A stretch of 26,474 nucleotides of DNA from a virus (lineage: Duplodnaviria > Caudoviricetes). The notes beneath the pieces were generated by a model, which did no database searches, was not told where the DNA came from, and worked only from the letters and a program-made list of their open reading frames with translations. Positions 17,090 to 25,742 of this stretch are shown piece by piece. The DNA is taken from positions 1-26,474 of IMG/VR virus record IMGVR_UViG_3300027963_000290. The stretch is one strand, 5' to 3'. The translations under genes were made by a program, and so were the position numbers. The stretch's first letter is position 1, and each line of letters begins with the position of its first letter.

Positions 17090-17443
17090 ATGGCCGCTAC
17101 AATCATCGGAAATAGCACAGACCTCGCCTTCGGGATTGCCTCCGCACAGACCGGGATGGTGATTCAATCCATCTCATCCTCTGCCTCGGCTGATGCGGTT
17201 GAGCTAAAGAATAAGGGTGGGGATGTAACGGCAGTAGTGTTCCGCAACAAGAAAGTCACCTACTCAGTAGAGGGTGCATATACGACCTTTAGCGGTAGCG
17301 TTGGGGCAACGATCACAGTATCCAACGGAAGCAACTACGATCTCTCTGGTGCGGCCTATATTACTGAAACCGCCAGAAATCGTAGTGCAGACAACTTTGA
17401 GACGGTATCCTTTACGGCAGTTCGATACGATGGTATAAGTTAG
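17090..17443 (+). CDS. Tail tube-like protein, paralog 2
   Basis: 117 aa; aligns end to end by eye with the upstream gene (MAAT.IG, AFG.A...TG.VIQS.S, AD.F, Y[ED]G[LI]). Confidence 0.6.
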   Translation: MAATIIGNSTDLAFGIASAQTGMVIQSISSSASADAVELKNKGGDVTAVVFRNKKVTYSVEGAYTTFSGSVGATITVSNGSNYDLSGAAYITETARNRSADNFETVSFTAVRYDGIS

Positions 17444-17462
17444 TTTTAACCTAGAAATCCTT

Positions 17463-17849
17463 ATGCAAGAAAAAATCCTCTATACTCGAAACATCAAACT
17501 AGCCTCGGTTCTCGCCACTTTTGGCATTCCATTCAGAGAGAAAGAACCAATGGCAGTCATTGAGGACGCAGACGACAATAACCGCAGGAGCGTCACATTC
17601 TTCTTTAGCGATCTACCCAATGGTCTTGGTGGCAAGATTGTTGATATGTGGGAAAAGGGCTGGTCAGCAATCACGAATTACGATGACCCCATAGCCTATT
17701 GCAGAGCCGTGCTAGAAAATAGAGAGCGTCTTTTGGATGCTATGAACAACGCAACCCCCCTAGTTAAAAAGCAGTTTGGCAAAGCTACCTTGCTGGTTAG
17801 CAAGAACGCATCCCCAGAACTGCGAAAGAAACTGAGTAAATACCTATGA
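17463..17849 (+). CDS. Hypothetical protein
   Basis: 128-aa ORF tiling the operon, ATGA overlap with the next gene; preceded by CTAGAAATCCT. Confidence 0.7.
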   Translation: MQEKILYTRNIKLASVLATFGIPFREKEPMAVIEDADDNNRRSVTFFFSDLPNGLGGKIVDMWEKGWSAITNYDDPIAYCRAVLENRERLLDAMNNATPLVKKQFGKATLLVSKNASPELRKKLSKYL

Positions 17850-18226
17850 ACCTAGACCTACAAAAAGATGAGGAGATTCTAAACAAGGCACTCGATAAAT
17901 CCTTTGTCATAAACGAGAGAATGTTTAAGGGCAACAAGGTTGGGAAGTTCACCCTTGGCACACGAATTGTGATGAACCAGATTCGTGAGGAGGCAGATAC
18001 AACAGAGTTCTTTATTTGGTCTAGTTTATATTGCCTAACTCACCCAAGATCGGAGCTAGTGAAATTGGCTTGGGACAAGGCCAAGTTTAGAGAGGCGGTT
18101 CTAAATTGGTCTGACGAGTTTAATGAGGCTGATTTTATTGAGGGAGTGAAGATTGTTGATGAAATTTTCTCTGAAATTGCAGAGGCTCGTGTGCAGACAA
18201 ATGGGGGTAGCGACTCCCCAAAATAG
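17846..18226 (+). CDS. Tail assembly chaperone (gpG-like)
   Basis: 126-aa acidic helical protein ending in the slippery sequence C CCA AAA immediately before TAG. Confidence 0.75.
   Translation: MNLDLQKDEEILNKALDKSFVINERMFKGNKVGKFTLGTRIVMNQIREEADTTEFFIWSSLYCLTHPRSELVKLAWDKAKFREAVLNWSDEFNEADFIEGVKIVDEIFSEIAEARVQTNGGSDSPK
18217..18223 (+). other. Programmed -1 ribosomal frameshift site C-CCA-AAA
   Basis: X XXY YYZ heptamer in the correct phase directly before the stop codon; the -1 frame stays open to 18426. Confidence 0.8.
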
Positions 18227-18426
18227 TACAGCCAGCCGGGATTGCTTCGTCCGTCTGGCTATTCGCAAAGGAGTTTGGGTGGACAGCAGAACAAGTATTG
18301 TGGGAGATGGCAGAGGTGCAACTTGTTCAGCTAGAACACGCTATGCTTGTCAATCGTGGAATTGATGTCAGAAGGCACAACTCTAATGCAGTAAATATAA
18401 TTGATGATATTCTTGACGAAAAATGA
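18223..18426 (+). CDS. Frameshift extension of tail chaperone (gpT-like part; not in ORF track)
   Basis: -1 frame reads IVQPAGIASSVWLFAKEFGWTAEQVLWEMAEVQLVQLEHAMLVNRGIDVRRHNSNAVNIIDDILDEK*; the GWT.E.V..M pattern is typical of gpT regions; stop overlaps ATG 18423. Confidence 0.75.
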   Translation: MVQPAGIASSVWLFAKEFGWTAEQVLWEMAEVQLVQLEHAMLVNRGIDVRRHNSNAVNIIDDILDEK

Positions 18427-19172
18427 TAGATATGCCTGTATCTATAAATAATCTTCTTGCTTTAGAATGGAAAACTTGGGCGGCCAAAAACAACCCAACA
18501 GACGCAATTCCAGTCAGTTTGTTTGCTTTTAGCGATCAAGTAACTACAAACAACAGAACGCTTTGGGACGGATTGCCGGGTACTTATGCGTTTCCATCTT
18601 CTGCAAGCACTATGGGAATCGCCAGCACGGTTACGGCTGATTCTGGTGGAATTATAGCAATTAGTGGTGTTGATTCAAGCTGGAATCCAATATCTGAAAA
18701 TGTGACGCTATCTACATCCCCAGTATCCACAACTAATTCCTACTATCGAATCAATGGTATGTCGATGATTGTTCCCGCAGTTGGACAAGTGCATAATGAT
18801 GGAACTATTACAGCCAAGGGCGGGGCAACAACTTACGCCCAAATCAACCCAAGCATCGGAGCTATGCAAGCTGGATTCTATTCAGTACCAAGCGGATATA
18901 GCCTTTATATTTATGCCGTTGATTGTTACAGCGGAGATATCGCCTCAAACAGCAAATATGCAACATTCAATGTGCAAGTTACAAATCACAATGCTGTAAG
19001 ACCAATGACATTTGACCTATTGCAAAGCACATTTTCTAGTTCATTTAATGTTACTAGAATCATTCCACAAGTAAGAACCCAGAAATCAGATATTGAGTGG
19101 CAGTTTAAGGTTAGCCAAGGAACTCAATCTGTAAGCCTAATTGTGCAAGCGTATTTAATGATAAATAATTAG
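18423..19172 (+). CDS. Hypothetical virion protein, beta-rich
   Basis: 249-aa Ser/Thr-rich ORF; start may be 18423 or 18432. Confidence 0.6.
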   Translation: MIDMPVSINNLLALEWKTWAAKNNPTDAIPVSLFAFSDQVTTNNRTLWDGLPGTYAFPSSASTMGIASTVTADSGGIIAISGVDSSWNPISENVTLSTSPVSTTNSYYRINGMSMIVPAVGQVHNDGTITAKGGATTYAQINPSIGAMQAGFYSVPSGYSLYIYAVDCYSGDIASNSKYATFNVQVTNHNAVRPMTFDLLQSTFSSSFNVTRIIPQVRTQKSDIEWQFKVSQGTQSVSLIVQAYLMINN

Positions 19173-19175
19173 GTT

Positions 19176-19877
19176 ATGGCACTTACATCCTTTCGGCTAG
19201 ATACCAAGGATTTCAATAGAACTATCGATAAGTATATTGAATTGCGTAATGCTGATTTTCTAACAGAAGTTAATAGGCGAGCCGCCAACATTATTATGAA
19301 GGCGATGCAATACACAAAAAGAACAAACCCAGAAAGAGTGGTTAGGGAGCTTGGTGCAATTCAACAAGTCAGAAGGCTAAAGGGCGGTACTGGCAGAGAG
19401 ACAAAGGCCAAAAGAAATCGTGACTTCTATAAGGGAACACCGGCAGGGTTTAAGATATTTAATTGGAGAAGGAAATTTAGGCCACAAAGCTTGCCCCCTA
19501 AATTGCGAGGTAGCGGATTGGGTGGCAAGAAAATGGGAGAAAAGTATGATAGTTTTGTAAAATCGGCAAGGCGTTCTTGTGCTTATATTGTCGCTGGTTG
19601 GTTGCCGGCCTTGAAAAGATACAAAGACCAAGGCATAAAAAATGCAAAGTCTGATATTAAGAAAGTTCCAAGCCCAAAGACAACCGCTGGGAAAGGATAT
19701 GCTATGCCAGCACAAAGAGCGGGTGACTTTATCAAAACTATATTTGCAAACACGGCTAATGCGGTTGATAAGATTGGTGTTGCCCCCCTTCGACTTGCCT
19801 TTCGGCTAGAAGAGCAAGATATGAAAACATATATAGAACGCAAGGAACAAGAGAGGCTTAACAAGCTCAAGAGATAA
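19176..19877 (+). CDS. Basic tail-completion-like (neck) protein
   Basis: Very Lys/Arg-rich; N-terminal strand-helix FRLDTKDFNRTIDKY and C-terminal helix resemble HK97 gp10 / lambda gpZ-type proteins; weak call. Confidence 0.4.
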   Translation: MALTSFRLDTKDFNRTIDKYIELRNADFLTEVNRRAANIIMKAMQYTKRTNPERVVRELGAIQQVRRLKGGTGRETKAKRNRDFYKGTPAGFKIFNWRRKFRPQSLPPKLRGSGLGGKKMGEKYDSFVKSARRSCAYIVAGWLPALKRYKDQGIKNAKSDIKKVPSPKTTAGKGYAMPAQRAGDFIKTIFANTANAVDKIGVAPLRLAFRLEEQDMKTYIERKEQERLNKLKR

Positions 19878-19878
19878 T

Positions 19879-21171
19879 ATGGCCTTTAAGCTAGAGGGAG
19901 AGGTAGTAATTGACGGACGCAAGGGAACAACTGCGTTAAAAGACCTTCAGCGGGAGGCCAACAAGACATCTGATACTTTTCGTAGGGCTGGCGGGAATAC
20001 TGAACGACTAGGGAAAAGCCTATTGTCCCTCGGCCTTAATGCTGGCAAGGCTGGCTCATCTCTTGGCTCATTGGCTCGCTTGGGTGCTGGTGGATTGTTT
20101 GGGGCGGCTGTCCTTGGCTCGATCAATAAGTTCGGAGAAACAGTCAAGCAAGCCTCAACCGACTACTATCAATCCCAGAAAGCCTTGTCAGATGCCTTTG
20201 AGATGTCGTTTAAGAGTACAAGCGTAGAGCAAGCACAAGCTGGGCTAGAAAAGACAGAGGATACGATTGAGTCTTTAAGAAGCAAGATCACACAACTCGG
20301 AGCCTTTGGCGGGATATTGAAGGGCATTGAAAAGTTCACCGGGATAAACATTGGAGTTGGGGATACCGAGAGAGCATTGAAGCAAGCCCAAGACCAGCTT
20401 TTAGTGCAAGAAGAAATTGTTAAGCTGAAACAAAAAGAAGCAGACGAAATTAAAAAAATCGAAAAGCAAAGCAGATCAGCAATAAACATTTCAAAGCAAG
20501 CACAAGAAACTCTAAAATTTGTTAATGAGACAGAGGGTGGCAGACAGATACTTGTAGACTTGGCCAAAGAGGAACTAAAACAAGCAGTTGCTTTAAGGGA
20601 TGAAAATATAAAGATTCTCGACACGCTTATTGCATCAAATCGTGAGGGAAACAATAAAGAACAAATCAACGCACGAAACATAAGATCAGCCGAACTAGAG
20701 CTTCAAATATACAAAGCTCAAAACAATGTTATTAGATCACAGCGATCAGAGAGGGCGGCAGATGCAAAGATGGCACAAGAAGCTGGTGGGGGTCTATTGG
20801 GTGCAAGTAGGGCAGGACAACAAGCCCTAGATGTGGCAAGGAAAGTAAGGGCTAGAGAGGTCAAGAAAGAAGATTTTAGAACTCAAGATCAAGTGTTTGA
20901 GAGGATGAAAACAGAGGAAAACGCAAAAAGAAAGGCACAAGGATTGCCACCAGCAACAGCCCAGAATATGCGTGAACAAGTGGCCGCACAACAAGCCGCA
21001 GGGGAGATGCCCCTGCTATCTGAAAAGTTTGCATCTATGCGAGGCGGGACACCCGCAAGTCAAGTCGCCGCAGAAAAAGCAAAAGAAGGTGGTGGGTTGG
21101 ATACGCAAAAAGCATTACTAGACGCAATCAAGGCGTTGGCTGACAAACTGCCAGCCGCAGTAGCAAAGTAA
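19879..21171 (+). CDS. Tape measure protein (short)
   Basis: 430-aa Ala/Gln/Lys/Glu-rich helical protein with N-terminal FKLEGEVVID strand and Gly/Leu-rich hydrophobic segments; between chaperone and tail-tip genes. Confidence 0.7.
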   Translation: MAFKLEGEVVIDGRKGTTALKDLQREANKTSDTFRRAGGNTERLGKSLLSLGLNAGKAGSSLGSLARLGAGGLFGAAVLGSINKFGETVKQASTDYYQSQKALSDAFEMSFKSTSVEQAQAGLEKTEDTIESLRSKITQLGAFGGILKGIEKFTGINIGVGDTERALKQAQDQLLVQEEIVKLKQKEADEIKKIEKQSRSAINISKQAQETLKFVNETEGGRQILVDLAKEELKQAVALRDENIKILDTLIASNREGNNKEQINARNIRSAELELQIYKAQNNVIRSQRSERAADAKMAQEAGGGLLGASRAGQQALDVARKVRAREVKKEDFRTQDQVFERMKTEENAKRKAQGLPPATAQNMREQVAAQQAAGEMPLLSEKFASMRGGTPASQVAAEKAKEGGGLDTQKALLDAIKALADKLPAAVAK

Positions 21172-21178
21172 TAAATAT

Positions 21179-21832
21179 ATGGCCGCAACAATTCTCTCAA
21201 ACATATCCTCATTCGATTACGAGCCAGACATCATAACAGACAATGGCCGGGATGGTATTTCATCTTTCCAATTCTCTGTTGTTGGCTCGTTCTCTGCACT
21301 CAATTCCAACTTCTCTTTAGATCAAGATGTAAGTGGCGTTCCAGACCAGCCTCCGGGGAGCTTCCGTGTTGTGCGTAGGAATATGTCTCATATTGCGGGA
21401 GACACAGCAAATGGCCTATATAGATTACAAGTATCGGCAGAGGGAGGAACTGGCGATAATTCGCTTTATATTCTAGAGACAAGCTATCAATATCAGAAGG
21501 AGATTGTTACTGGATTTGTGCGGCTTCCAGCCCTAGATGCGGCATTCAGCTATACTTGCGAATGGCTATCTCCAACAGCAACAATCACAACGAATAGCCA
21601 AACAGAAGATGTTACGGCAGTTCAAGATAGAGTAAAAACGATTGTAGGAAGTTTGCCAGTTCAAATTATTAGGAATAAGCCAACGGAGGTTGCATTTGTT
21701 GGCACGGTTCAATATCCTGTTTTTGGGGCTGGAATAGATGAGAATGTAATCAACATTATTGGTTCTTCAGTTGAGACGGCTGGTGGATTATTCCGAGTGC
21801 GAGCTTCTGCTACCAAGGGGCAGATACAATGA
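21179..21832 (+). CDS. Tail tip protein (distal tail/hub-like)
   Basis: Beta-rich 217 aa directly after the tape measure gene; begins MAATI like the tube paralogs. Confidence 0.5.
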   Translation: MAATILSNISSFDYEPDIITDNGRDGISSFQFSVVGSFSALNSNFSLDQDVSGVPDQPPGSFRVVRRNMSHIAGDTANGLYRLQVSAEGGTGDNSLYILETSYQYQKEIVTGFVRLPALDAAFSYTCEWLSPTATITTNSQTEDVTAVQDRVKTIVGSLPVQIIRNKPTEVAFVGTVQYPVFGAGIDENVINIIGSSVETAGGLFRVRASATKGQIQ

Positions 21833-22107
21833 GGGCTGGGACTGGAAGCTCTTTTTCTAAAGTTCCAGTCTTGGCTGATAATGGCCTAATTACAAAGACC
21901 TATCTCCACGATCTAGAGGCCGCAGTATTGCAAAGAACCCCCATAGCTGGTGCGAATATAGATATTAAGGTAACCGATGGAAGTTATGTTATATCCGCAA
22001 CAGCGGGGGCATTAGTTGGGGGCGGCGGTGTGGCGGGGTTTAGGGAGATAACCCTTACTGTATGCTCTAATGGAACGCCAGCCACAATCACGGTTCTGGG
22101 CAAGTAA
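21829..22107 (+). CDS. Small tail tip protein
   Basis: 92 aa; ATGA overlap; beta-rich C-terminus with Gly linker. Confidence 0.55.
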   Translation: MRAGTGSSFSKVPVLADNGLITKTYLHDLEAAVLQRTPIAGANIDIKVTDGSYVISATAGALVGGGGVAGFREITLTVCSNGTPATITVLGK

Positions 22108-22113
22108 TTGACA
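22108..22113 (+). promoter_or_regulatory. TTGACA motif 15 nt upstream of GTG 22129
   Basis: Immediately follows the upstream TAA. Confidence 0.65.
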
Positions 22114-22128
22114 AGGGCATAGTCTAAA

Positions 22129-25100
22129 GTGAACTCTCAAGAGCTATTTCTGGATGTTGCAAGTGGTCGGTTTTTGGATGGACAAAGCACTATTCCAATT
22201 AGCAAGCCAACAATATTTTCTGATGAGCAGAGGAATATAAAAATCAATGTTCTTCAAATAAGTAAAAATATTGTTAGTTCCAAACAACCTGCCGATGATA
22301 GTTCTTTTAGGGCTAGACTTGGAACTACGACATTAAAATTGGCAGATGGTCAAGCTGTCAGCACACAGCCAATCAGCACGATTAGAGCCACAGCAACCAT
22401 AGTAACATCGCCAGCATCTAGAACAGTTGGTTCGGCTAGAATATTTACATATACACCAGTAACCGCTAATATCATTTCTTCCATAGCAACCTTTCCAATC
22501 GTTACTGGTGTATTTAGATTAAATGTTGATTATATTACCCCAGTCACAGCAAGCATTACGGCGGGATTTGCGATACCTACGCCAACCATCATTACTCGAC
22601 CTCTTCAATATGTGGATTCTAGTATTGCGGCTAGTTATGAATTGTCGGATAATTCAATAAGAGTTAATCCAGACCTAGCACAACAACTAAACACAACAAC
22701 AACAGCCACATTTACTTCGTCTATTTTGTCTGGTGAGGTTGTGGATATAGATATTGTAAATAGGGGTAGGGGCTATCCAAATGGAACTTATGACTTAAAT
22801 ATTTCTCCATCCATAACAACTGGGGCGAGCTTTACTGCAACAATATCCGCAGGAGTAGTCACAACAATATCAATTGTTACTGGTGGATTTGGTTATTCAA
22901 ACGGCCCATTTGATTTAGTATTTAGTGCAACTACTGGAACTATTGCGGCGGCAACTGCGTCAGCCGTAAGTGGCTCAATCAATCAAATAACTATTACTAA
23001 TGGCGGGAGCGGATACTCAACTGCACCAAGCGTAACTCTTGCCGCACCAACAGCCGGAACTGCGATTGCAACAGTTGTTGCAAGTGGTGGATTTATTCAG
23101 TCACTAACAATAACAAGTGGGGGATTTGGATATACAAATGCCCCAACTGTAACTCTTTTTCAGCCTACTAAATCATTGGTTGGTCTTACTAATCAAATTG
23201 TAGATTTGGGTTGCAAGGGAGTTAATACAAACACGGTTTCACTTGAATTTAGCGACCCAGATGGAGGCCAGACTCCACCTACATCCAAAAGACCAGTTGC
23301 ATCAATACAATATACTGGGGATGGTACGCTATGGAGAATTATTATTAGTGATGTTGGATATGGATATTCCGCAACTCCAACTGTATCGCACGGAGACATT
23401 CTTGCGTATTTGCCAATCTTAAAAACTGGTTTTACAACAAATTATGGAGATGTAAATTCAATAGTATCTGATGTTAGCGATGTTACTGGAAACAATAATG
23501 CTCGTTTTGGTCTTGTTGCCCTAGCTACTGTTTCAACTTTTTCTGAAACTGCAACAAAAATTAACCTTGGCGGTCTTAAAATTGGATTTAATCCTAATGG
23601 AACTTTTCCAGATAATCATAAATGGATTACTGGTGGGATAAGCCAAAATGGGGACAATACATTTCGATATGTATATGCCACAAGGAATGGCAAGACATAT
23701 TCAACAGACCCTAGAATTGCAAAAGCACAACAGTCTGCTCTAGTTGAGGGTGGGGCTAAATTGTATAATGATATTGGCGTTGTTGTTACCGGCTCACAAT
23801 ATGACCCAAAATATCAAAGGGCGGTTTTAATAAGTGAATTTAATGGCACACAAGCCCCCGGTTTGTCTGCACAGATAAATGGAGTTACTATTGTCGGAAG
23901 AAGAAATCTTGCAAGTATAAATACTAATGCAAATGCTATTTCTAATTTTCCAAACCCACAACACGATAAATTTGCTGGGAAAAGTGCTTTGGTTGCTATT
24001 GTCCCAAAAGATAGAAGCATTATTCCAACCAGATATGCAGTTATGGAAATTTTTATTCCAAGAAGAGATACATCTTATATAGTTTCCGCATTGGATTTAG
24101 GAAATAATGGTGTATCTTTTAGTTATTCAGATTTTGGTGGAGGAAGATATACACCAGAATTTAGGGTCTTGGATGCTGGTGCTGGATATCCAGCAACATA
24201 TACAAAAAATTATGACCTAGTTGAGCTTGGTGCATTGACTAGCGACCCAGTTATTTTTGAATTTAGCGGAACTACTGTTTATACTATGCCATCGACTCTT
24301 GCTGATGGCTTTATTGATACGGCTTTCTCTGTCCCAGCAAGTATCGCAACCCGACCCGGCCCAGCCGCCGTACAATATCTATTGGGTGGCGGGGGTATTG
24401 GATACACCAGAAGCACAAATATTGCATTCCAAAGCGTTCAAACCTTGGGATTGGTTCGATCTGCTGGCCTGAGTAATGTTCCCGCATCATATTCAGATGG
24501 GACATATAGCTGTTCGGTACAAGCCCCTGCGTCTGGAACGCCAGCACAAATAAATTTAGTTGTAGATAGAAATGGAAGCAGGTCGCAAGTTGTAGTAGTA
24601 AATGGTGGTAGCGGATATACTTCTGCCCCTATTGTTACCGCACCAGCACCAAACTTTATTAGTGGACAAGTTAAAAGTGTTTCTGTTTTGACTCAGCCTC
24701 AAGGATATTCAATAGATCAACAATTCTACCTTTCAATTCCAACCAGTCCTATTGATGGCGGGCAAGCCTCAATATTATTTACGCAATCTAGCTCTGGTTC
24801 TGTAAATGTAATTATTGAAAATCCCGGCTTCGGCTATCAAACCACACAAGTTGCAACTGCACCAGACCCAGACAGAAGGCTTGAGTCTGGATTTTTAAGA
24901 ACACTTGAATTGCAAAATAGCCCTAATGGATACATAGTTGGGCAATCTTACTCGTTACAAATTGGACAAAGCCCTCAAGCTGGCGGGAATGCTGTTGCCA
25001 ACATTATCAAAGAATCAGAATCTAAATATACATTCCAGATACTTAATGCTGGTGCTGGTTATGTCTCTGCACCCATTGTGACAGCACCGAGTCCAGACGC

Positions 25101-25713
25101 TCCCAACGGACTGCTTTCGTCAGTAGCAGTAACAACTTTGGGTGCTGGATATGCACCGGGAACATACGAGGCCACAGTAGGCACAGCACCCTCTGGGGGG
25201 CAGACAGCAAAAGTTAATTATATTGTTGATGAGAATTTAAGTGGTGAATATGTGGTTGTCGAGAGTGGAAAGGGATATATTTCAGCACCATCTATTTCTG
25301 TCCCAACGCCAGCGGGGGCTGTCATTTCCTCTATTTCCATCACTTGTGCTGGCTCTTATTATACTAGCGATAATTATAGTGCAACAATACAAGATGCCGC
25401 TGGTTCTGGTGCTAGACTAGATGTTCCGACAATACAGAATGGGCAGTTGCAAAATATCAATGTTTTGAATAAGGGTTATGGCTTTACAGATAACCCAGCG
25501 ATTGTTTTCCCAAAACCCCCTATCCCACAAACCCCACAGTTACAAAGAAATCAGCTAGACTTAACCTTTAACATCACAACAGCCTCGGCCAATGCCATCC
25601 TATCGACAGCAACCCAAAGAGACATTCTTATGGAGGTCTACGAGACAGACGGAACAAACGAGCAAGTTGTGGCACAAGCTACTGTAAGTCTTGCCAAACG
25701 AGTTTTAGAATAA
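22129..25713 (+). CDS. Large repeat-containing tail fibre / receptor-binding protein
   Basis: 1194 aa with many I.I.NGGSGY..AP.V-type repeats; Ser/Thr/Gly-rich; located after tail-tip genes. Confidence 0.75.
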   Translation: MNSQELFLDVASGRFLDGQSTIPISKPTIFSDEQRNIKINVLQISKNIVSSKQPADDSSFRARLGTTTLKLADGQAVSTQPISTIRATATIVTSPASRTVGSARIFTYTPVTANIISSIATFPIVTGVFRLNVDYITPVTASITAGFAIPTPTIITRPLQYVDSSIAASYELSDNSIRVNPDLAQQLNTTTTATFTSSILSGEVVDIDIVNRGRGYPNGTYDLNISPSITTGASFTATISAGVVTTISIVTGGFGYSNGPFDLVFSATTGTIAAATASAVSGSINQITITNGGSGYSTAPSVTLAAPTAGTAIATVVASGGFIQSLTITSGGFGYTNAPTVTLFQPTKSLVGLTNQIVDLGCKGVNTNTVSLEFSDPDGGQTPPTSKRPVASIQYTGDGTLWRIIISDVGYGYSATPTVSHGDILAYLPILKTGFTTNYGDVNSIVSDVSDVTGNNNARFGLVALATVSTFSETATKINLGGLKIGFNPNGTFPDNHKWITGGISQNGDNTFRYVYATRNGKTYSTDPRIAKAQQSALVEGGAKLYNDIGVVVTGSQYDPKYQRAVLISEFNGTQAPGLSAQINGVTIVGRRNLASINTNANAISNFPNPQHDKFAGKSALVAIVPKDRSIIPTRYAVMEIFIPRRDTSYIVSALDLGNNGVSFSYSDFGGGRYTPEFRVLDAGAGYPATYTKNYDLVELGALTSDPVIFEFSGTTVYTMPSTLADGFIDTAFSVPASIATRPGPAAVQYLLGGGGIGYTRSTNIAFQSVQTLGLVRSAGLSNVPASYSDGTYSCSVQAPASGTPAQINLVVDRNGSRSQVVVVNGGSGYTSAPIVTAPAPNFISGQVKSVSVLTQPQGYSIDQQFYLSIPTSPIDGGQASILFTQSSSGSVNVIIENPGFGYQTTQVATAPDPDRRLESGFLRTLELQNSPNGYIVGQSYSLQIGQSPQAGGNAVANIIKESESKYTFQILNAGAGYVSAPIVTAPSPDAPNGLLSSVAVTTLGAGYAPGTYEATVGTAPSGGQTAKVNYIVDENLSGEYVVVESGKGYISAPSISVPTPAGAVISSISITCAGSYYTSDNYSATIQDAAGSGARLDVPTIQNGQLQNINVLNKGYGFTDNPAIVFPKPPIPQTPQLQRNQLDLTFNITTASANAILSTATQRDILMEVYETDGTNEQVVAQATVSLAKRVLE
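24448..25521 (+). repeat. Five tandem ~70-75-aa protein repeats
   Basis: Units start GLVRS, GQVKS, GFLRT, GLLSS, AVISS and end G.G[YF]....[IV]...P.P; diverged at DNA level. Confidence 0.8.
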
Positions 25714-25742
25714 CTCTTGGGCTAATGCCCTAGCGAAATCCT

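Noticed and set aside
18153-18365. 70-aa ORF in the track as the chaperone extension
   Set aside because: This is the +1 frame. The -1 frame has the slippery site, the gpT-like motif and the overlap with the next gene.
280-24547. Remaining minus-strand ORFs in the track
   Set aside because: All lie opposite well-supported + strand genes and read as antisense shadows (Ser/Phe/Leu/Ile-rich); no minus-strand gene is supported.
25716-25733. Small hairpin CTTGGGC-TAAT-GCCCTAG after the fibre gene
   Set aside because: Short stem with a mismatch and no U-tract; too weak to call a terminator.
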